This document shows positions 54,784 to 64,000 of a DNA stretch of 64,000 nucleotides, in pieces. Position numbers and translations under genes: made by a program. Numbering within the stretch: the first letter of the stretch is position 1; each line of letters starts with the position of its first letter. A model generated the notes under the pieces. That model was not told the DNA's origin, made no database searches, and saw nothing but the letters and a program-made list of their open reading frames with translations. This DNA comes from Porphyridium purpureum (taxonomy: Eukaryota), in NCBI GenBank assembly GCA_008690995.1, contig VRMN01000019.1, forward strand, positions 1 through 64,000, in the 5' to 3' direction.

Positions 54784-57700
54784 TGTCGTCGTGATCACTG
54801 TACTCATGTATTTTCAGAGGCGTCTCACATGTCGGTTGGTTCAAGTTCCTGAATAATATAAATAGCGCGGCCCTTATCTTGGCGGTCACGCGCAGGGAAG
54901 AAAAGTAAGATAAGAATTTAGTAAAGTGTGCGAGAGAAATCTTACGGTAGAGTTCAAAGTGCGAAAGAGGGGACTACCCGGAACGCGCAGGAACACCACG
55001 GAGCCCATGACCAGACGGTCCTCGGCTCCGTAGTTTCACTCCCACGCTCTTGAAGATATCTTCCGGGACGCAATCCCGAGTATTGCGACATTTGCAAATT
55101 CGCTGAAGAAGTGTGGCTGAACAATTTCGCGTGAGAAAAGGTTCGGGGTCAAGCGAAAATGAGTGATCAACACACACCACGCAGCTCGAGTGGACGGGCA
55201 ACCCCGACACGGGCTGCGGAAGTCGCGCGCGCCAGCGGAGTATCCCGACCGCCGGTACGCGAGTCGAGCAACAGTGGCGATTCGCGTAGCCTTTTGGACA
55301 CGGGCGTAGTGGCGCCTGCATGGTGGCCGAGTTCACTACGCATTAATGACGAAGTGGGCGACCTCCTCCAAATGGCCGTAGCCGCTCCCAACGACTTCAT
55401 TGAAATGCTCATGGTTGAGCAGGTCGTCACGGTCGACTGGCTCATGGCGCGTGGCGGCCCTGTGTCTGTTCAGGCGTGGATCGAATTCTGCCGGGAGAGA
55501 GGGATTCCGAATTTTGAACCAGGCACGAGCGTTCGCACGTCGTTCCAACGATTTTCTATATTTTCCATTCAAGATGAGCTGCATCATACGGGACCCCACG
55601 TGGCAATGGCCAATGGTCTGAATGAACTTCCCGGAGCAAATGCATCGAGCACTCCTGGTGCTAGAGCAGCGTCGCAACAACCTGCGACGAGGCCCGAGTT
55701 ACAGCAGCCCATTGGAACCATAGGCTCGAACGAGCTTGGCACCATGACCGAATCGTCTGGATCAGCACCTCCTGGTGCTTCGTACAACTTCATAAGATTC
55801 ATGGCAGAATCGCGATTCACAGGAGAGCCTGGTTCTGTTCCTTTCAGTAAGTGGGTTAATCGTCTGAAATCTGCACGCGAGATCTTTGGCGTGACTGACG
55901 CGCAAGTTTCCAACGCATTACCGCTTATTACCGCTGGACAAGCCGAGTCACTGCTTCATTCTCGGGCTGATCAATGCCGCAGACTTGGACAAAAACTATC
56001 CTTGCTGGAAAAGACCTTTTCGTCCGAGAGTGCGAGAAGCGCTTACAAACAAATGCTTAAAAGTGCAAATTTTGCCACTTTCGAGCGGGAGGGAACGACA
56101 CGTGAGCGTGCCTTCGACGTCTTGGTCAAACACGTAGAGAACATCTGTTCATTTCTTGGGCAACCATATGATAGCCCAGACCAAGTTGCAGACTATGTGA
56201 TTCAAGCGATGTATGCGTCCAATTACGCACCAGCGCTTTCACTCGTCAAAACACGTGATAGTGTGGACACGCTCGCTGAACTTCGCGTTTTCCTGAGTCA
56301 ATTGGACGCCCGTAAAGGCCGATTACTGCCGGGCAACGAAACATCAGGGGTCTATTTAGGGCATGAGAAATACAATGGCCCTAGCGGTCCACGCAAAAGG
56401 GACGACAACAAACACAAGACCGTACAAACATGCTCGTTCTGTGGCCTTCGCGGCCACGAGGAGCCGCGGTGCTGGAAGAAATATGGACGACCCCTCGCCA
56501 AAGTGGCCTTGGTCGATGGAGTTGACGGCCAAGACGAACATGAACAAGCCAGCAGTGAGCGCACAGAGGAGACCGACGTACTAGACAACGACGGAGCATT
56601 TCTTGTATCAGACGCAATCTATAGCAGCCGGGATGTGTATCAGTGTACGGGATCCGTTTTCTCCGTTGGTGCATTTCGTGGATTTTGTATCGACACAGGC
56701 GCGCCATCGTGTTGCGGACTCGAACAATGGAAAGCATATTGCGACGCAACAGGCCAGCCCAATACCCTGCTCCCTTGCGACCGCACGCTCGTTTGGGGTG
56801 TTGCGCAGAAAGCAATCGGCTGTGGCAGCGTGCGCATACCAGTCACCAACGCCAAATTCCTGTCTTGGAATGTCCCTGTTGTGCAACATGATTTACCAAT
56901 GCTTGTCGGGCTGGACCTTATGCAAGCACATAACATCAAGGTGGACACTGCATCTGCCAAACTAGAAATTCCTGGCCACGACCCAGTTCATCTTTTTCAC
57001 GCACAAGGAAAGCTCTGGATACGCGCAAGCGACTGCGACGTAATTTGTTACACAACCCCAGAATTATCTACGTTGCACCGGCGATTTGGCCACGCGCACC
57101 ATGAACAGTTGCGCGCAGTATTGTCCAGAGCGGGCGAGCCACTGACAAATGAGGAAGCCAAGGAATTGAAGCGATTGTGTGCAGAATGCCCAGTTTGTCA
57201 ATGGTACGCAGGCCGCCGTTCTCGATATCGTGCAAGCGCAGACATTTCGGTCGAGTTTAATGATCACATCGTCGCCGACTTCTTCTGGCTTGAGCATGGA
57301 GAGCCAGTCCGCAAGGAAAAGGTTTTGCACATCATCTGCGCCGGTACGCGTCTGCAAGTTGCTTTCTTTGTTCCCACCACTGATACAGCACTAGACACGT
57401 TTCGCCGCATCTTGTCCTGTTGGTTTGTTCCATTCGGTCTCCCGCGCAAGCTACACTGCGATCAAGACAATCTGATGAGCAGTCAAGAATTCATACGAGC
57501 CTGCGCAAACTTAGGGACTCAAGTTGAGCCCGTCGCTATAGAAGCGCATTGGTCCGTCGGACTGATTGAGCGACAGCATGGCCCCTTAAGGAAAGTATTT
57601 TCTCGAGTGCTACGAGATGCTCCCAACTTGGAACGAGACGCTGCATCTCGAGCAGAAGCTCTCTCACTGTCCGTGTTTGCCGTCAATTCCATTCAAGGAA

Positions 57701-59680
57701 TTGATGGGCTCGTGCCATATCTGTTGGCGTTCGGAACAATCCCACGAGTCCCTTTACATCCAGGGACAGTTCCACCCACTCAGGCAGACCTGAAAGAACT
57801 GCAAGGATTAGCAAGGCGAGGTCTTTTCGACACAAAGACACTCGCGTCAAATGGTGCAAACGTTCTCTCAACCAGAATGATACGAACCCGAAAAGCAGAC
57901 GGAACAATGAAATCCAGACTGGTTGTACAAGGCGACCAACGCGATCGTCAGCGCGGCGAGATCTCTCTTGAATCTCCTACCGTTTCACGCGTGAGTCAGC
58001 GTGTCCTGGCAAGCTTGGCCGTGACGTTCAAGGTACCAATCGCCTACCGAGACTACTCACAGGCATACGTACAATCCACGTACAAGTTATCCCGCGACGT
58101 CTTCGTGCGGTTCCGTCCGCAAGACCAACGCGATCTGGAGGACATTCTCGGTCCGATGCCAAATCCGTGCCGATTGGTCTACCCATTATACGGTCTGCAA
58201 GAGAGCGGGACTTACTGGTATTCGTCGCTCAAGGCCCAGCTACAGAACAATGGATTCCGCCCGACCGCGCTCGACAGTGCATTTCTTCGACATGAAACCA
58301 ATGAAGGAGCCGCAGGTACGGTGGTCGACGACGTGATCGTCTGCGGATCGCCGTTGGTCATGGAGGCAGAAGCTCAGTGTGCCAAAAACTTCGACAACAA
58401 GGGGCGAACTGGACCGCCGTTTACTTTCTCAGGCATCGAATACTCCCGGCGCGGAGAATGTATCCTGTTTTCTCAAGCCAACTACATAACTGGCATGTCC
58501 GCTCGTCGGAAAGGAGCCAGCTTTCGAGACTTCTGAAGCCTCCGCGGCCAACTATCTTACGTCGCGCATGCTGTCCGCCCTGATTGCCTTGCAACTGCAG
58601 CCATCTCGTCTCAAGTTACGGAGGAACAATTCCACCCTTGCCACATGACTCCTCTGAATAGGAAAGTCCGCGAACTTCTGGAGTCTCCAGATAGAGGGCT
58701 GGTATTCGTTCCGCTGCAAGGGACAGACTTTTGTATTCGCGCTTTTGGAGATGCTAGTTATGCTACAAATGCCGACAAGTCATCGCAAATGGGCGTCGCC
58801 GTATTTTTGGGAACGCGAAGTGGTGACCGGGTCCATCCGCTGGTCATGAATAGCAACAAAACCAACCGCGTCACGTACAGCGTCCTGGGTGCCGAATTGT
58901 TAGCCCTGTGTGTAGCGTTTGACTGGGCGGAGTCACTACAAGTGGAGCTTCAACATTTACTGGGAGCTGACATCCCAATTAGCTTGGCAACAGACTCACA
59001 AAGCCTGTTCAGTTGCATCGCGAGCAAGACCACGTTGGACGAAAAGAGGCTAATGATTCGTTTGCTCGTGCTCCGCGAGGGCTTTGACCAACGACACATC
59101 GACGAGCTAGCATTGGTTCCTGGGCGCCTCAATGTTGCTGATCCTTTAACCAAACTCATGCGGAGCGACATCTGGACAGCAATTATGACCGACGGAATCT
59201 TGCCCAGGTACAAAACGTCACGAGTTTATTTCTGCAACGATCAAGAAATCCCACACCATCATATCCACTCTGCATCCCATGGAACCCTCTGAAGAACGTA
59301 CATGATCACACCTCCAAATTTCCGGAAGAGGTTGCACCTTGGTGCACAAGGTGCAAAAACAAAAAGACCCCAGTGTCGTCGTGATCACTGTACTCATGTA
59401 TTTTCAGAGGCGTCTCACATGTCGGTTGGTTCAAGTTCCTGAATAATATAAATAGCGCGGCCCTTATCTTGGCGGTCACGCGCAGGGAAGAAAAGTAAGA
59501 TAAGAATTTAGTAAAGTGTGCGAGAGAAATCTTACGGTAGAGTTCAAAGTGCGAAAGAGGGGACTACCCGGAACGCGCAGGAACACCACGGAGCCCATGA
59601 CCAGACGGTCCTCGGCTCCGTAGTTTCACTCCCACGCTCTTGAAGATATCTTCCGGGACGCAATCCCGAGTATTGCGACA
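54784..59680 (+). mobile_element. GalEa-like Copia LTR retrotransposon, 307-bp TG...CA LTRs, TSD GTAAC
   Basis: LTRs at 54784-55090 and 59374-59680 appear identical. GTAAC at 54779-54783 and 59681-59685. Confidence 0.96.
55159..59292 (+). pseudogene. Gag-Pol with one in-frame stop (58534-58536) and a short IN-RT linker
   Basis: ORFs 55159-58536 and 58645-59292 are in the same frame. Motifs CSFCGLRGHEEPRC, IDTGA, LHRRFGH, YGLQESGTYWY, VVDD, DASY, EKRLMI, ADPLTK. Paralog of the 20973 ORF. Confidence 0.9.
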
Positions 59681-61619
59681 GTAACCAGCAACAAGGGGGC
59701 TATTTTCAGGCTCTTCAGAACACTGGGTCAAATACTACACTGCGCGTGCAAGAGAAAGGACACGCACCTGTCTGGCGGTATGAGTACAAAAGGAGCGCCG
59801 CCTGTTCACGCGTGTCTGGTGCTTGGAAAAGAAAAAGACAAGAGACAAGGAAAACAAAACAAAAAAAAAAAAAACCCAGAACAAAAGAACAAAACAAAAG
59901 TAAAAGCTTGAGCATTTGGCGTGCACACATCGTGATCTGCGCACATCATAAATGGGAGACGTCCCGGCATCAGAGCTACGGCTCGATCCGCGGGACGCTC
60001 AAACGTTATTTTTCCTACAAGTTTGGCTCGCTCACGAAGGGGAACATCGCTCGTGAAAATGCGAGGGAGGCGAGTTCCGTCTTAGGATGCGCGCATGAGC
60101 GCGCGCACGCACGCGGGCGGCGAGCAACGCGGCACAGGTACGAGAAGCGTGGCAGGGGAGGAGAGCGGAGCGACGGGCGTGTCGCAGAGCGAAGCAGCGC
60201 CGATGCCAGAGCGTCCTTCGGCACGACGACGGCGAGCGAGTACGGCGGGTGACCGGGAAGAAGTGATGCCCTTCTGGTCCGAGTCGATGGCGGCCATATC
60301 AGCCTTGATGTGGTCGCCAACCGTAGCCACGTAGAAAGAGTTCGCGGATGGCGTATTCTGCTCGCGCGCAAAATCAACGTGGTTTCGCGAACGTGGCAAG
60401 GAAGCAGTCCCCGGTCGGCACGTACCGGTCACCTCGTCAGCTCTATTCGCGGCCTGGCCACGGACATCGGTAGGCGAGCAACTCCTGGAGCTGCGAGTAA
60501 GCGCGAAAGGGCTTTTGCAGCTGCCGTCTGGAAAGGAAATCGAGGCGGTTGAAAAGCAGCTGGGCGCAGCTGTAGCCGCCTCAAAAGACAAGGTGACTTC
60601 CGTCCTCCGGGTGGACCAGCAGCTTATACTTGAGCTGTTCCGTGCTGCTCGGTGGACGTACAACCACTGCGTCGCGCTTCTAAACAGCCCAGAGGCGGAA
60701 GCAGACCGGCGAAGTAGTGGAAACACCGTGAATGTGGTGCAGTATCTGCGGTCTCGGGTGGTGAACAATGGCAGTAATCACGTCGCTGCGAACCCGTGGC
60801 TCAGGTCCATTCCACATGATATTCGGGATGGCGCGTGTGCGGATGCGATTGCAGCGTTTCAGGCTTGTCGAAGCAATGTGGCAGCCGGGAATACATTGCA
60901 TTTCAGGCTCGGTTTTCGGTCGCGAAAGGCTCACAAGAGTCAATTTATATTCGCAAACAATGGGCTGAGCAGTATGTGGACTTCATTATCCTCTCGGTGC
61001 CGTGGGCCGCACCCATGCGGTTGTGGTCAGGTCGAGGTGTCGGTGTAACGCGCGGGCCTATCAACATAGATTATCGCCTGCAGCGAACACCGACGAACAA
61101 GTTGTATTTGTGCATACCACACAGGTTCACACAGTGCAGCCTGACGAGTGAACCACCACCGTAGCAGCAGCCATAAGAGCAACAGCAGCAACAGCAGCAG
61201 CAGCACACGGCCGAAAACCAAGGCCGATGTGATTCGCAATTGCGTGTCGTTGCAGTAGACCCGGGCGTCCGAACATTTCAAACGCTTTTCGACCCGGGTC
61301 CGAGCTGTGCAATTTCTGTGGGAGCCGGCGACATCGGTCGCATTTCCCGACTCTGCAAGAGCTTGGACGATTTAATGTCCAAGATTGCGTCTGCGGAGAT
61401 CGCGCGCCGGCGCCATGCGCTGCGCCGAGCCGCACGCTGCGCACGCGATTGTATGCGCAACCAAGTGGATAAGGTCCACAAGCAGCTCGCCGCATTCCTT
61501 GTGCGCGAGTATGACCTGATCCTGTTGCCCACGTTAGCAGTGTCCAATATGGTCCGCCGTCGTGACCGCAAGATTCGTTCCACGGCAGCGCGTCAAATGA
61601 TCTCCTGGGGTCATTTTCT

Positions 61620-62908
61620 GTTGAAATACACGTGTTCTTGTTTTGGTTGTTTACACCTCCAAGCAAGGGGTCTTCCCGAACGGGAGGTGTGCTACTGCTT
61701 GGTTCGGCTCCAGGCGCGAGGTCTGCTCGAACGGGAGCCTGTTTTTCCAAGGGTCGCACAGAGATGTTGCACTACCGAGTAGCTCTACTCCAGGCAATGC
61801 TGCGAATTACCACACCTCTTCTTGTTTTTACAAACTTCTTCCTTGTTGTTCTTTTTTATTCTCTTTTCACAGTTGCGCTGTTCCACAAGTGGTCCTTGTT
61901 TTATACCCGACGGCACTGCCGCACACATATGTGTAGATTGCGCTATCTTCCTGGAGGACACGCATGCACGCGAATCAGCCCTGTTCTGATATGCGATCTT
62001 GCCCTGCTGATACTTTGGGTCATGCTCAAGTTAGTCTGAGAAGTGCGGGCGCGACTGCTTCTATGGATTTGGCTCAAAGGTACAGTCTGGCTATGACGTG
62101 CGTTCTGACAAAGTGTTGTGAGTATTTTCGACATTTTCGCTTCCAAAGACGAATTGCATTTGTCGCAAAAATCACGGGTTGCGTCCCGGAAGGAGTTCTT
62201 CAGATTGCACGGAGACAAATCGGTACCACGTCCGCCAGCCGTCTAGCCACGGGCGTGCGCAAGCACGAGCACGGAGCGGTATGCTATTACCCTCAGGCGC
62301 TCACCTTGTGCTTTGCAAAAGGTGTTTATCTCCACGCAATAAAAGTCTTATCTATCTCCTTGCCTCGTCCGACACTTTGACCTCCGAAGGCAAGTACGAC
62401 GGCTATGCTATACAGGCGAGAATGCACTATTCAAACTGATCCTGTCGGGTAGACAAGATTATGACTGGAAAATCATGACACTAGAAGGGAATATGAGATC
62501 GAGCGCAGCCAACAGCGTTTTCACCACCAAACGCCCAAGAAGACTGAGAGGGTCCAGTGCTACTAGTAAAGCACCTTTTACCATACGCCTATGTGTCAGA
62601 GCCTCTAACTAAAACTCTACGCTACATCCCACAGAGCTGCCTGCTCGGTCCGGCTTAAGTACCTTCTCCCGAGCCTCGGACTTCTGCTCGCGTGCGGGTT
62701 TCGGATGGTGTTGGCGTTCGAACCCGGCACGTATGCGAAGTGCGGCCGTATCGGCTAATGGCCGCCCGGAGTGGTTTCGAAAACATACCTCCTTTCGCTG
62801 TACCCCGAACCGATATTAAGTACAGCTTGGGGAGTGACAGGACGACCTGGTTTCTTCCACGTAACAGCATTTAAAAAAAAAAAAAAAACAAAAAAAAAAA
62901 AAAAAAAA
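61620..62908. mobile_element. Unclassified insertion ending in an about 36-nt poly(A), containing a nested solo LTR
   Basis: It separates the two halves of the Fanzor ORF. A-tract at 62873-62908. Confidence 0.55.
62481..62861 (-). mobile_element. Solo LTR of element C
   Basis: Reverse complement of 35954-36334, same 381-bp length. Flanks TGACA/TAACA form a 4/5-matching TSD. Confidence 0.88.
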
Positions 62909-63371
62909 CCGGTTCGAAATTGGTGCTTGTCAATGAGGCCTATACCTCGAAAACGTGCAGCGCGTGTGGAACCGTAAACGCGAACCTGGGCGGCGCCAAG
63001 ACTTTTAAATGTCGCTCCAGCGCGTGCGGAGCGGTCATGGACCGCGACATCAGCGGCGCAAAGAACATTTTATTGCGCAATCACAAAGCGCTGGGGATTT
63101 CGGTCCCCAGCATTGGAGCCTGACCCTACTGGGCAAACCCGGTGCACAGTGTCTCGGGACACCGCCAAACTTGATGTTCGGATCAGGCGTCGGCTTCCGG
63201 CAAAATTGTTTAACCCTGACAGAGAGCTGCAGCATGCTACAAAATGAAGGAGGATTGTCTGGGGAATTGAAATATCATAGACGTGATTTTTTGATTTGCG
63301 TGTACATACGATTGACGAAAATGTGGAGCGGTTCGAGTCACTTGAAAATTTCAGAGGAGCCAGCCCCTATT

Positions 63372-64000
63372 CTAGTTCTGGTCACCGCCGACCGAGTACC
63401 GCAGTAGACTGTATGTCATGGCAAGCGTCAGCGAGATGAGTGTGACTAGCGGACCGACCTTCAGCCATCTGATGAAGGAAATGGCGTGGCCCGAGCGGTT
63501 TGCAATACCGACAACGACCAGGTTGGCACTCGCACCGATGAGTGTCATGTTGCCGCCCAAGCACGCACCCAGCGCAAGTGACCAGATCAGTGGGTTGATG
63601 GGCAGCAGAAGTTCCGGGTCACGCGAGAGCTGCACGACCACGGGCACCATGGCGAGTGTGTAAGGAATGTTGTCCAGGATGCCCGAAATGATACCAGAAA
63701 CCCAGATAAAGATCACGATCGCCACGGTAAGCTGCTGGCTTTGATCGACGCTCTTGATCCAACCGGCGATCACGTCACCGATCCACGCGATAAGGCCCAT
63801 CTCTGCGAGCGACTCGATGGTGATGAACAAGACAATAAAGAAAAGCAGCAAGTCCCACTCGACCGACTCCATCGTGTGATGCAAGTCATGCGGTTCGCTC
63901 AGCAGCATCAGCCCCACGGCTCCTGCCAACGCAACCCACGGCGCATGCACGTGGTGCACGGGCTCTGTGAAGAACAGGATGATGACTGATGTAAAGACGA
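63372..64000 (-). CDS. P-protein/ArsB-NhaD (IT superfamily) permease, C-terminal part; runs off the window
   Basis: VEWDLLLFF, ISGILDNIPY, WSLALGACLGGNMTLIGASANLVV. Confidence 0.9.
   Translation of the reverse strand, partial: VFTSVIILFFTEPVHHVHAPWVALAGAVGLMLLSEPHDLHHTMESVEWDLLLFFIVLFITIESLAEMGLIAWIGDVIAGWIKSVDQSQQLTVAIVIFIWVSGIISGILDNIPYTLAMVPVVVQLSRDPELLLPINPLIWSLALGACLGGNMTLIGASANLVVVGIANRSGHAISFIRWLKVGPLVTLISLTLAMTYSLLRYSVGGDQN

Larger units (their letters stand above)
60095..63123 (+). pseudogene. Fanzor2 / IS607-TnpB-like RNA-guided nuclease, disrupted by stops, frameshifts and a 1.3-kb insertion
   Basis: PFWSES..LMWSPT; ARWTYN; PWL..IPHDIRD; HFRLGFRSRK; RLQRT..YLCIP; VVAVDPGVRTF; ILLP..VSNMV; SWGHF. 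After the insertion: VNEAYTSKTCSACG..C..C..MDRDISGAKNI. Confidence 0.88.

Noticed and set aside
59700..60094. Possible IS607 serine recombinase (TnpA) upstream of the Fanzor relic
   Set aside because: No YxRVS or DRLxR motifs are recognisable; the region is largely A-rich low complexity.

Overview
Eukaryotic, intron-poor, GC-rich DNA. A unicellular red alga is plausible, but that is inference only. More than half of the window is transposon-derived. 1-21 kb looks like a subtelomeric mosaic: head-to-tail CRE-type non-LTR retrotransposon copies, short repeat modules, a minisatellite and a RecQ-like helicase ORF, repeatedly joined at a telomere-like motif (TAACCCTAGAG). The most striking system is an LTR retrotransposon lineage present as two intact young copies (9670-15672 and 49598-54425), one truncated copy (35954-37587) and one solo LTR (62481-62861). 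These elements combine a Ty3/Gypsy-type Gag and protease and a -1 frameshift signal with a Copia-order, Copia-type IN-RT-RH. Their LTR termini are non-canonical, 5'-C...AG-3', with 5-bp TSDs. They carry different accessory domains after integrase: a telobox-like Myb domain in one and a Cys/His cluster in the other. Also present are two GalEa-like Copia elements and a decayed Fanzor2/TnpB-like nuclease gene. Host genes are a truncated SET methyltransferase, two convergent multi-TM class-3 lipases with a TMEM181/Wntless-like N-terminus, an AT3-SGNH O-acyltransferase, CTU1/NCS6, a PPR-like protein and a partial P-protein/ArsB-NhaD permease. All calls come from reading motifs by eye; no searches were run.
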